From assembly GCA_964016885.1 (NCBI GenBank), contig OZ024755.1:6448001-6512000 (forward strand): a stretch of DNA of 64,000 nucleotides, read 5' to 3'. The position numbers were made by a program, and so were the translations under genes. Below the pieces are notes generated by a model. That model searched no databases and had not been told where the DNA came from. It saw only the letters and a program-made list of their open reading frames with translations. Source of the DNA: Eledone cirrhosa. Lineage: Eukaryota. Below are positions 14,731 to 25,828 of this stretch, one piece after another (the stretch's first letter is position 1; every line of letters begins with the position of its first letter).

Positions 14731-14756
14731 AAACAAAGGACAATAAAGCTTCTTAT

Positions 14757-14938
14757 ATAATTGTTTCTACTTTTTGGCATAAGGCCAGCAAATTAACCAG
14801 TGCATTACTGGTACTTTATTTGATCGACCCCGTAAGGATGAAAGGCAAAGTTAACCTCGGCAGGATTTGAACTCAAACAGTCAAGGGCCGTCAAAGCATG
14901 GCGTCCGACCCTCTACCGATACTGCCAATCCACCGCCC
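14757..14938 (-). mobile_element. Full-length SINE family A copy
   Basis: Complete reverse-complement match including the head (ctaccgatactgccaatccaccgccc). Flanked by gcttcttat(a/g)taa on both sides, a likely TSD. Confidence 0.9.
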
Positions 14939-15292
14939 TTATATGCTTCTTATGTAATACAAATTATGAAGGGATGTTTTTAGATAATTTAAGACAATTT
15001 CTTTTCTATTGTAGAGTAGAATGACAGAGTTTCATGCAATTTAGTATCAACACAGCTGAGGTGATTAAATATATTTTCCCCATTTTGCTGTATGTCTAAA
15101 TTGGGTTACAGTTAACTTAGTGTTGTGGCGTCAATAAAATACACACCAATCACGCGCCAAGATGTCACAATCTCTTCCATATACCTGCTGTTACCAATTT
15201 GTTGAAGTGTGTCTTGTTATAACATCAGAAATCATTATCTCATTATTGTTACAACAACAAGAGTAATGAGAGATACAAGTATTTTTTATCAG

Positions 15293-15606
15293 CAGCAGCA
15301 GTAGAAATAGCAACTGTAGAGGTGGTAGTAGTAGTAGTAGCGGTGGTTGTAGTAGTGGTGGTGGCGGCAGTGGCGATGGTAGTAGTAGTAGTAATAGCAA
15401 TAGTAGCATTCGCAGTAGTGGCAATGGTGGTGGTGGTGGTAGTGGTAGTAGTAACAGTAGTAGCATTCGCAGTAGTGGTAGCAGTAGTAGCATTCGTAGT
15501 AGTAATAGCAATATTCATAGTAGTAGTAGTGGCCGCAGCAGCGGCGGTAGCAGCCTTACTCATAGTAGTAGTAGTAGTAGTTATATTAGTTGCCATGGTT
15601 GCTGCT
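15293..15606. repeat. Degenerate GTA/GCA/GTG triplet repeat
   Basis: Directly visible in the sequence. Confidence 0.85.
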
Positions 15607-15859
15607 TAGCGTTTATCCAAACCCGAAGAAGCAGAATACTGAACAAAGACATTCCAAACATGACCTTCCCATTTCTTTGTTTCAGTCGTTCTGTGGTTTA
15701 TCAAAGCAGTAGAGAGAGAGAGAGAGAGGGGGGGGAGTGTACATATTTAGGGGACCGTTTAAAGAGCAGACAACTAGCTATCTCTAGTATATCTACAGTG
15801 TTAGTGGGGTCTCGTGAGGGAGAAATATATATGAGTAGATCTGGTCCAATTTAATCCCT

Positions 15860-16025
15860 GGTGGTGGTGGTGGTGGTAGTGTTGGTGGTGTTGGTGTTAT
15901 TGGTGGTGGTGTTATTGGTGGTGGTGTTATTGGTGGTGGTGTTATTGGTGGTGGTGTTATTGGTGGTGGTGGTGTTATTGGTGGTGGTGGTGTTATTGGT
16001 GGTGTTGGTGGTGGTGGTGGTGGAG
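15860..16025. repeat. (GGT)n-GTTATT compound repeat
   Basis: Directly visible in the sequence. Confidence 0.9.
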
Positions 16026-16141
16026 TTGACCAATATTTCATTTCTAGAATCCGATTCGTAGGAGGTTTGGTTGTTTTTTAGCAGATCAATTTTTTCCTTT
16101 CATTTATGGCTTTCCTAGTCCTTTCCTCTAGTTTCCCATAC

Positions 16142-16980
16142 AACCAGATCTGCCCTTCCCTAACACTTACAGAAAGCTATGCCCTCACACATATAACCAG
16201 ATCTGCCCTCCCCTAACACTTACAGAAAGCTATGCCCTCACACATATAACCAGATCTGCCCTTCCCTAACACTTACAGAAAGCTATGCCCTCACACATAT
16301 AACCAGATCTGCCCTTCCCTAACACTTACAGAAAGCTATGCCCTCACACATATAACCAGATCTGCCCTTCCCTAACACTTACAGAAAGCTATGCCCTCAC
16401 ACATATAACCAGATCTGCCCTTCCCTAACACTTACAGAAAGCTATGCCCTCACATATAACCAGATCTGCCCTTCCCTAACACTTACAGAAAGCTATGCCC
16501 TCACACATATAACCAGATCTGCCCTTCCCTAACACTTACAGAAAGCTATGCCCTCACACATATAACCAGATCTGCCCTTCCCTAACACTTACAGAAAGCT
16601 ATGCCCTCACACATATAACCAGATCTGCCCTTCCCTAACACTTACAGAAAGCTATGCCCTCACACATATAACCAGATCTGCCCTTCCCTAACACTTACAG
16701 AAAGCTATGCCCTCACACATATAACCAGATCTGCCCTTCCCTAACACTTACAGAAAGCTATGCCCTCACACATATAACCAGATCTGCCCTTCCCTAACAC
16801 TTACAGAAAGCTATGCCCTCACACATATAACCAGATCTGCCCTTCCCTAACACTTACAGAAAGCTATGCCCTCACACATATAACCAGATCTGCCCTTCCC
16901 TAACACTTACAGAAAGCTATGCCCTCACACATATAACCAGATCTGCCCTTCCCTAACACTTACAGAAAGCTATGCCCTCA
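16142..16980. repeat. 53-bp minisatellite, 16 near-identical units
   Basis: Unit AACCAGATCTGCCCTTCCCTAACACTTACAGAAAGCTATGCCCTCACACATAT. Unit 2 has one substitution, unit 6 lacks 2 bp and the last unit is truncated. Confidence 0.97.
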
Positions 16981-17091
16981 TACATGGATTTGGAAAATAT
17001 ATGTAAATACATTGATTATAGAGAATAAAAAAGAAAACCAGGTTTTGATGCATAAATTTAAAAATTGACCACATAGGGTTGTGTCACCGGC

Positions 17092-18080
17092 ATAACAACA
17101 ACCGCAGCAGTAGCAGTAGCAGCTCCTACAGAAGCAACAGCAGTAGTAACAGCAGTAGTAGTAGTACCATCAACAGCAGTAACAGTAGTATCATCAGCAA
17201 TAGCAGCTGCAGCTCCTACAGAAGCAACGGCAGTAGTAACAACAGTAGTAGTAGTACCATCATCAGCAGTAGCAGTAGTATCATCAGCAATAGCAGCTGC
17301 AGCTCCTACAGAAGCAACGGCAGTAGTAACAACAGTAGTAGTAGTACCATCATCAGCAGTAGTAGTAGTACCATCATCAGCAATAGCAGCTGCAGCTCCT
17401 ACAGAAGCAACGGCAGTAGTAACAACAGTAGTAGTAGTACCATCATCAGCAGTAGCAGTAGTAGCATCAGCAATAGCAGCAGCAACAATAGCGGTAGCAA
17501 CATCAGCAGTAGTAGAAGCAGTAGCAGTAGTAGTACCATCATCAGCAGTAACGGTAGTAGCAGCAGCAATAGCAGCAGCAACAATAGCAGTAGCAACAGC
17601 AGCAGTAGTAGCAGCAGTAGCAGTAGTAGTACCATCATCAACAGTAGCAGTAGTATCATCAGCAATAGCAGCAGCAACAATAGCAGTAGCAACAGCAGCA
17701 GTAGTAGAAGCAGCAGTAGTACCATCATCAGCAGTAACGATAGTAGCATCAGCAATAGCAGCAGCAACAGCAGCAGAAGTAGCAACAGCAGTAGTAGTAC
17801 CATCAGCAACAATAGCAGCTGCAACGGCAGCAACCTCAGTAGTAGTAGTAGTAGTAGTAGTAGCAGCAACAGTACTAGTGGTAGTAGCAGTAGTTGTAGC
17901 AGCAACATTAGCAACAACTGCAGTAGTAACATCAACAATATTAGCAACATCAGTAGTAGTAACAGCAGCAGCAGTAGCATCAGCAGCAGCAGTAGCAGCA
18001 GTAGCATCAGCAACAACAGCAGTAGTAGTATCACCAGTAGTATTATCATCAGCAATAGTAGCAGCATTAGCAAGAGTAGT
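17092..18080. repeat. AGC/AGT/AAC/ATC triplet low-complexity tract with a ~90-bp higher-order repeat
   Basis: agctcctacagaagcaac recurs at 17121, 17211, 17301 and 17394. Confidence 0.9.
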
Positions 18081-18151
18081 TAGTTACAACAGTCGTACTA
18101 TTGTTAGTTCAATACCAAGGCAAGCTGATACAAGTGAACGCCTGGTTGTCT

Positions 18152-18324
18152 TTGGCAGTGTCAGTAGAGCGTCAGACACCAGCTTTGCAGCATAGTTATG
18201 GCCCTTTGCGTTCTGAGTTCAAATCCGCCGAGGTTTACTTTGCCTTTCATCCTTACCGAGTCAATAAAATAAAGTACCAGTAATGTACTGGAGTAAGCGC
18301 TGGCCTTGTGCCAATAGTAGAAAC
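18152..18324 (+). mobile_element. SINE family A copy (first of a tandem pair)
   Basis: ttggcagtgtcagtagagcgtcagacacc...gagttcaaatccgccgagg...gcctttcatcctta...ggccttgtgccaatagtagaaac. Confidence 0.85.
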
Positions 18325-18327
18325 TAA

Positions 18328-18510
18328 GGATGGTAAATTAGCAGAGGGTCGGACGCCATGCTTTGCAGCAAAGCGTTACGGCCCTTTATGATCCGAGTTC
18401 AAATACCGCCGAGGTTAACTTTGCCTTTCATCCTTACGGGGTCGATAAAATAAAGTACCAGTAATGCACTGGGGTAATCGCTGGCCTTGTGTCCAAAATA
18501 GAAACAATTA
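18328..18510 (+). mobile_element. SINE family A copy (second of a tandem pair)
   Basis: gagggtcggacgccatgctttgcagcaaag...ggggtcgataaaataaagtaccagtaatgcactgg...tagaaacaattat. Confidence 0.9.
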
Positions 18511-19240
18511 TATCTGTTTATTTTATTCAATTTATTTTTTGTTCTATTCTGGCGTTATTTGTCAGTAACTACATTATTAAACATGTCTATTGTTTTCTAT
18601 ACGGTCGGGGGTTCAATTTGAGGCAGATACGGCTGTTATTTCTTGCAGGTCAGTGAACCAAGTGAAAGGTCTCAAATTAAGTAACAGCAGCAGCAGTGGT
18701 AACTATGGCAGTGGTATTAGCACCACCACCACCAACAGCAGTATTATCAAAGGCAGCCATTAAAAAAGAAGATCGGATCGAGTGTGGATTAATGATTTTG
18801 ACTGCTGTTTCCTCCATATCGACGGACCACATAAATGGTCACCGTTAACTAAAAGTAGCAGCAGCAGTGATGTTAGAATTAGCAACAACAGTAGTAGCTG
18901 CAACAGTTGTGTTAACAGCAGAATATGCAGTTGAGTAACAGTAGAGACAAAAGCAGTAACAGTTGTTTCCATACAAAGGCATCAAAAATACACAAAATAT
19001 CTTACCTTCCTAATCATTCAAATATATACATGTCTGTGTGTATGTATATAGGTGTGTGTGTGTCTATATGTATATATATAAACATGTATATGCCTGTGTG
19101 TGTGTGTCTTATTGTATATATATAAACATGTATATGCCTGTGTGTGTGTGTCTATATGTATATATATAAACATGTATATGCCTGTGTGTGTGTGTCTATA
19201 TGTATATATATAAACATGTATATGCCTCTCTGTGCGTGTG

Positions 19241-19366
<126 letters not shown>

Positions 19367-19482
19367 ATGTTGGTTGTATGCCAACACCTCAGTATGCAGG
19401 CTGGAGCACTCGACGAAGTGCGCAGGTTGGTTTGGTTAGTCCGGAGATATGATTTGGTTATTCCAGATTTGGTTACTCCGGA

Positions 19483-19700
19483 GATATGATTCCAGTTCCT
19501 CAGTGAAATAACAACCCAACCACGAACTGGGCATATCAGAGTATTGACAAAATTATACACCTCAACAATATATGTACTTGTCTATACCACACTAATTCGG
19601 ACTGCCTGAAGAGGTCACAGCCAAAGATGGCTGTCACTGAAATATATATAGCAGTAATAAACGAAGCTAAATTTAAAACATTTGACTTTTTATTTAACTT

Positions 19701-19706
<6 letters not shown>
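19483..19706 (+). mobile_element. Penelope-like pLTR fragment, family P1, ending in (TA)n
   Basis: Homologous to 30017-30257 and 42100-42275 (atgattccagttc...catatc..gtatt.ac...aattcggactgcctga...aataaacgaagc..aa.ttt...tttga). Contains a hammerhead. Confidence 0.7.
19601..19655 (+). ncRNA. Minimal type I hammerhead ribozyme (family P1)
   Basis: actgc-CTGAAGA-ggtcacagcca-aaga-tggctgtcact-GAAA-tatata-TA-gcagt. It has a 5-bp stem I, a long stem II and a palindromic loop III. Confidence 0.8.
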
Positions 19707-19745
<39 letters not shown>

Positions 19746-19864
19746 TATATATATATCAATGGAAGTGCGCCGTTTAGTGCTTAGGGTATTCTGTTCATGA
19801 TCTGGAAGTTCGATGCCTGGCGGGTCTTTGTGACCTTAACCAAGAAAATATATTCCAATGTTAC

Positions 19865-19914
<50 letters not shown>

Positions 19915-20456
19915 TAATATATATATAATTGTGTGTGTACTTGTTTATATGTGTTCGTGTGTAATCGTGAGCTGTTTTATGTGAGAAGATGGCGGCTAGT
20001 AAAGAGAATAACAAAGTCAGAACCCCGCTGTAAGCCACCATCTTTAGAAATAATATGTTAAATGTCTGTTCACCTATCTTAGCCCTGTTTCCATTAAAAG
20101 GAAATTAGATTGGCCTGGAGCCAAAGTTGTCCATGCTTGGGCACCTTCCGATAAATATTTCTGTGCAATTATACAGAACAACATGAAAGGATCAACGTCG
20201 AGAAAAGCAAAATCGTGAACTTCTTTATCGCTGAAATGTGCCGAAGGAAGAAAATACAGGAAAACCGGCGCCAAATCAACAAAGGCCATTTTCAGTTAAG
20301 ATAGAAAATATTGAAAACAGGACTAATGCAGCCTCTTATAAAGCAAGGATATTATTTAATCCCTATACGATGAAGGAAAATATGTATACGCTTATCAGGC
20401 GCTTAGAAACCATGGAAGAGACGAGTTATGTATAATTTCACTGCTATTTTACTCCA

Positions 20457-20657
20457 GGCATGTGGCTGAGTGGTTAGAGAATTCGATTCGCAATCGAAGT
20501 TGTGAGTTCGATTTCTGGACCGGGCGATGCGTTATATCCTTGAGCAAGTCACTATTTCATATTGCTCCTACCTGGTGTTGCGACCGATAGATAGTATTAG
20601 AAATTGGAAAGACCAATGGAAACATTGTTTCCTCGGTCCGATTTGACGAGTCGATCG
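20457..20657 (+). mobile_element. tRNA/CORE SINE family D
   Basis: Aligns end to end with 34906-35115. It has A-box tggctgagtggt, B-box gttcgatt and CORE-like ccttgagcaag. Confidence 0.8.
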
Positions 20658-20923
20658 TTCCTTTACTCCTAAACGTTTTACGTGTGTAATAAATAATATT
20701 GCAAATTAGAAGAGATAAAAATCACTTGCTTAGATTACACTGAGATTATGCGTATATTTATTATACAAACATATTGAGTATGGGTCCATATAAGCCCCTG
20801 TTCTGAAGCATGTTGTGTGACTGCTGTTGGTAATTATTACTATATCATTATGCTAGCACTATGTGTAAATGCATCATCATAAAAACTGGTTTATTTACAA
20901 AACCATTAACTTCCGTGTATTGA

Positions 20924-20968
20924 GCGTTACTGAAGAAGGATGTTATTCCGGAAATACCTATTTAATGC
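20924..20968 (+). ncRNA. Minimal type I hammerhead ribozyme motif (separate family)
   Basis: gcgtta-CTGAAGA-a-gga-tgttat-tcc-g-GAAA-taccta-TT-taatgc. Stem I has 6 bp (one G-U). Confidence 0.55.
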
Positions 20969-22473
20969 TGGATCCTCAGTAGAGACCAGCCAAATCCATG
21001 GAAGTTATCCAACCATCTTGAGGATCTGGAGGTCTCCTGCGGGTTAGTTTTGCCCGTGAAATCTGTGTCATGGATTCTATCAGGAAGAATCCACTACTTT
21101 TTTACAATTAATAGATATAAACATATCTGTGTAATTAAACAGTATGACAGGCCCACCTCTCCATCTCTCTCTTCCCCTTTTCAGTATTGATGGGTTAATG
21201 AGGACTAAAAACGGCTGTAGAAGTTGACTTCTATATTTATATTATATAGAAACATACACACACGTTTGTCATGTTTTAAAACTATAGGATGCGATTCACA
21301 GGGAATATGGCTGTTATTTTTAGCAGGTCAAGAAACGGAAAAACTCCTTTATAAAGATGTGTGGTAAAGTAATATATATATGTATTTACTAGGCATATGC
21401 TTCGAAAAGCATAAATGTTTTATTTCTATTTTATTACTGCAGTATTTGTTGTTCATATCGCCATAATATCTTATCTCTCGTTTCAAGCCATTTCCAGTTC
21501 TCCTATTTTCGAAAATCTCACCTGCAGTTTCTAAATATGTAAAGCATTCCTTTATATTCTATTGGATGGAGATTTTTATTGATCTATTTTCGTAGTTGCT
21601 CTAGTATTTATTAGACAATTCCAACATATAATGTGTGTTATGATTGGTAACGTTATGTTTGGAAATGGGTTCTGTGTTTGGAGGTTTCCTATGTTTCTGT
21701 TTCATCACATTTAATGCAGCAATTATTTATATCCTATATTGTCTTAAGGGACCAAATATAAAAAAAGAGAGACGGGGAGTAAAACGATGGCGATTTAATC
21801 TTCCCATTACACGCATTGGAAGCAGTTTAACTACCCGTATAAATCAAACAACAGAGCTGATTTCGCCCGAATTCAAAGATAGAGACCTAAATACAGAACG
21901 ACATTTGATCCATTCCTTTCTAGCTTCTGCAACTACAACTACAGCAACATTAGTACAGCAATTATGTTTTATTCCCTATATAACAATTTTATTTATTTCT
22001 ATTCCGAGGTCATTTTATTTTAATAATTCTTTAATCGCATTGCAATATCTTCCTCATCCTACACATTCTCTCTGATCGTCAACACCAATATTTTATTCTC
22101 TTTATTAATATTAGTATTGATTTTGATTTTAATTTATCTATCTCATTCTTTGTACTCTCTGCACGAATATAATCGCCGAAAAACTATTTCCCCTAGGCTT
22201 TAGAGATTCTAATTGAAATCTTATGAATGGCTGTTTAGATGTTTATTTGAAGTTACTACAAAATAAACACAGCAACATATAACCTGGAAATTGATAAAAA
22301 TAATTAGATATCCACTTTATTGAATTTACTATAGTAACAAGAGCAAGCTGTAGGTAATACAGATGAATTAAACGTTATAGAGACCGAAAAATGGGTTGTA
22401 ATATATAGTTATGTCTCTTTGCGTTCCGTGTTCAAATAACACTGGAGTAGATTTTGCCTTTCATCGTCTAGTG

Positions 22474-22703
22474 CAGGCATGTCAAACTGAGGGTCCTCTG
22501 AGGGCCACATGGGGCACATGGGGCACATATGTGTTGTCTGAGGTCCACACACGACAATTAATTGCGCACATTACAACAATTTTTTTTTTTAATTTATATT
22601 ACGAAGATAAAACATGCTCGCGCTATAAAAACCTTTGTGCGAGCCACAAATGTACTTGTAAAGGGCCGCATGCGGCCCGTGGGCTGCATGTTAGACCTGC
22701 CTG
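22474..22703. mobile_element. hAT (Charlie-like) MITE, 230 bp
   Basis: TIRs caggcatgtcaaac / gttagacctgcctg, subterminal gggccgcatgcggccc motifs and an 8-bp TSD gtctagtg (22466-73) / gtctaatg (22704-11). Confidence 0.85.
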
Positions 22704-23652
22704 GTCTAATGTCCTTATGTTTTACTCAGCGTGTGTTATCCTTAAAAATTGTGTACCATATTCGTGAATGTGGTAAACGGTAGAGGATTATCATGCTTCT
22801 AGTTTCTGCTTCGGTGATTTTGTTGTATAGAAAATTTATATAATTTAACCATGACCTCCTTGCATCCAAGAAAATAAGTCTGTGACAGTAAGTGAACTTC
22901 AACAGTTTAAGAAGTTTTCACAGTTGTGAATAACAATTTCTTTTAGAATTTTTATCAGGTTTATGAATAATTGTTTTAATTTTCTAATGTTTGTTTCGTT
23001 TTACACAATATTAAAATAATAGCTAAACATTTCTTAAGCAGCACCCCCACTAAATTTAGCCACGAGCCACCACTGCATATATGTATGTATGTGCGTGTAT
23101 GTGCTGGACAACTGGGTTACCATTACACCCAAACGCTTCCGTTCACTTTAACCGACTCTATTATAACCTTTATCTCTCTAGCAGGAAATAGTTTTTAACA
23201 GGAAATAGTTTTTAACTAGTCTAACTGAAAAAAAAATTAACTATTAAATACTTGAAGGAATCGTAGATATTTACGATATTCACCTGAATGGAGAGCTTGC
23301 TGTTTACATTTCCGAGATGACACTTATCCATGTTAGTTACCACGCAGGTGAACTAAACCCAAAACCACAGTTTTCAAGCGAACTAGTTAACCAAAAAGAC
23401 TTATTTTAAATAAATTCTGTCTCTAAATTCACAAAAGAAAGCAAATTATTTCATAAGAACATCATATACAACATTGCCTGTTGAAAAATAGAAAATATCT
23501 TATCCATCTTAATGATTATATTGTAATACCAAGAGGCAGAATTTATTTTGTTTATTCAATTTTAACACGTGTCCAATTTGACATTTCATTTAAAAAAAGT
23601 TGTTTGTTTGAATTCATTTTAATCTTTGCTTCTACATATTTTATTTGTTAGA

Positions 23653-23685
<33 letters not shown>

Positions 23686-23690
<5 letters not shown>

Positions 23691-23780
23691 TCCCCCAAAA
23701 ATGTATTCACATTTCAACACCATTCTAATAAATATTGCCTATACAGAATCAAAGTATGTGTACATTTTTGGGACACACAC

Positions 23781-23782
<2 letters not shown>
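23686..23782. mobile_element. Tc1/mariner-type mini-MITE
   Basis: Imperfect TIRs tagtgtcccccaaaaatgta / tacatttttgggacacacactg abutting (TA)n. Similar to 46594-46671. Confidence 0.6.
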
Positions 23783-23837
<55 letters not shown>

Positions 23838-23840
<3 letters not shown>

Positions 23841-24120
23841 AAAGTTCCATTTAAAATTGTTGGGATACAACAAGTAAATATTTTTATAACCGATATAAAG
23901 CACTCGACAAGTATTTGGAGTAGATATACGATATTAATAAATGGAAACTATATTTATAAAACCATATTTATTTCATTATACATATTTCAGGGATACCAAA
24001 TTACATATTTCAGGGATACCAAATTATGAAGGCATACCATAATTTAATTTGGTATCCCTGAAATATGTATAATGAAATAAATATGGTTTTATAAATACAG
24101 TTTCCATTTATTAATATCGT
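23838..24120. mobile_element. Fold-back Penelope-like fragment (family P3) between (TA)n runs
   Basis: ~75-bp inverted arms (23928-24002 vs ~24046-24120) plus a 90-bp unpaired tail. Both ends are homologous to 25536-25784. Confidence 0.7.
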
Positions 24121-24140
24121 TATATATATATATATAATAT

Positions 24141-24400
24141 TGGTCGTTTTGGAAGCCTCAACAATGCAGATGGGTAAATCACCGGGTAACAGAATCAGGT
24201 GGTAATGAGAGAGATGTAGAATGAGACGTATAGTGTGTAGAGGAACGTAGGAAAGAGTGAAAAAATAATAACACGAGATAGAGTTACCTTGGAAGTGATT
24301 TAATTGTCTCTATGTTTCGGATTTCGTATCCATCAACTGGGGGTTTTCCGAGGGGGAAATGTTTTAGTCGGAGTGGGACAACACGTGGCCTCTTGTCTAT
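24141..24400 (-). mobile_element. Dispersed repeat (family P5, Penelope-like candidate)
   Basis: Reverse complement aligns with 40975-41245 (cccccagttgatggat...acaattaaatc...ccaaggtaactct.tctcgtgtt...gttacccgg.gatttacccat.tgcattgt.gaggcttcca). Confidence 0.7.
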
Positions 24401-24519
24401 CGTGTATGTATATACATACATACATGGTGGCTGCCAACTCGTTTTCGAGTACGGCCACTACTTTATATCCATGTAGGAGAACCCCTACCGATGCGTTGAA
24501 CGAATACATACATACATAC

Positions 24520-24810
24520 GAGTTTACAAATCCAGTATCCAAGATACACCTTTAGCTTCATACCCATCATTATTGGAGCTACGGGTTATATACCAACCCG
24601 CTTGGACCAAAGTATGACTGAACTTGGATTTGCGGACAAAAAGCGCAGCTCCCTAATTCATAGTCTAAAAATGACTGCGATAGCTGGCACCTTCAAAATT
24701 TGCAAAACATTCTTGCGATTCAAGGGATGACAATTTCTTTTCTTTTACAACCTTGCCACCAGGAAGGTGGCCGGTCAAAAAAATATACTCTAGATTAAGA
24801 GACAGAGATA
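24520..24810 (+). mobile_element. 5'-truncated RLE-type LINE (ORF end plus 80-bp 3' UTR) inserted in (TACA)n
   Basis: Flanked by atacatacatacatac (24504-24519) and acatacatacatac (24811-24824). Confidence 0.7.
24521..24730 (+). pseudogene. C-terminal restriction-like endonuclease region of an R4/Dong-like non-LTR retrotransposon (5'-truncated)
   Basis: Frame from 24521 translates SLQIQYPRYTFSFIPIIIGATGYIPTRLDQSMTELGFADKKRSSLIHSLKMTAIAGTFKICKTFLRFKG*. It matches the PIIIGAxG...L.LG...A..GT..I.K.FL C-terminal pattern of RLE-bearing LINEs. Confidence 0.75.
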
Positions 24811-25535
24811 ACATACATACATACAGGAATTTATCGAAATCACACACAAGTGAACCCTAGTCGAGTTATTTGAGGTGGTCCTGTTCTCTTTCAATTCTAG
24901 ACGAAATAAATTATGTTAGAATAGCAACTAATTCCCTTTAGAAAGCAATGTCCACCGATACAACATTGTATACAACAGAAGACAACAACAACGTATTAAT
25001 GTGGACCCTAGAGGTTTCCAGACCTATCAACTCTCCCCATCCGACAGAGAGATCTCCAATCCCCTTTGGGGTGGCTGAGAGATGTCCTTTGTGAAAATAG
25101 GTATAGCTTTCATGATGTAAAATATCCCCATTTTGCGTCATTTCTTTCCCTTTTATGGACCCTTTTTTTCATGGTATTCCTCGTTTGGGTTTTTAGATGT
25201 TGTCCGGTGTGGGCTTCCAATGCACCACCTGCATGTGGTGTTGCACTTAGGGCTACACATTAGCAGCAAAAATACATGTTTTGTCTCTTTACGTTTTAAA
25301 TTCAAATCCTACTGGGGTCAAATTTCTCTTTCATCATTTTGAGTTCGATAAAATAAAGTATCAGTAAATAGTTTCTATATAATCGATTTTCTCCTCCTCA
25401 CACACTACTGGTCTTGTGGCTAAATTAGAAATCTCTATTATCTTAGTAAAGAAAATCTTTGACATACAATTATATATTTCTACGAAATATTCACAAGATA
25501 TCACACCTTTATATATATATATATATATATATATA

Positions 25536-25784
25536 CAAAAGTTCTATTTAAATTGTTGGGATAAAACAAGCAAATATTTTTATAACTAATATAAAGCACT
25601 CAACAAATAATTGGAGCTTCCAACAGTAATGGTTGAATTCTTTAAGGGTATGTCAATATTTATTTATAAAACTGCTCTATATTATATCTGATGAAAGCAC
25701 ACCATAATTTAACTTGGTGTCCTTGAAATATGTATAATGAAATAAATATGGTTTTATAAATATAGTTTCCATTTGTTAATATCG
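25536..25784. mobile_element. Penelope-like fragment (family P3) with hammerhead-like core
   Basis: Flanked by (TA)n. CTGATGA(25688)-aagcacacca-loop-tggtgtcctt-GAAA(25725)-tatgTA. Stem I pairing is ambiguous. Confidence 0.6.
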
Positions 25785-25788
25785 TATA

Positions 25789-25828
<40 letters not shown>

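Noticed and set aside
15588-15602. RFX X-box-like gttgccatggttgc (also gaaaccatggcaac at ~29326)
   Set aside because: Single imperfect motifs with no supporting promoter context.
16159-16960. Telomeric repeat
   Set aside because: CCCTAA occurs only once per 53-bp unit, never in tandem.
16142-16980. CRISPR-like array
   Set aside because: Units are contiguous and identical with no variable spacers. The context is eukaryotic and has no cas genes.
21644-22075. 143-aa ORF in non-repetitive sequence (also 20074-20435, 27595-27822, 29380-29627)
   Set aside because: No recognisable domain and no convincing splice context.
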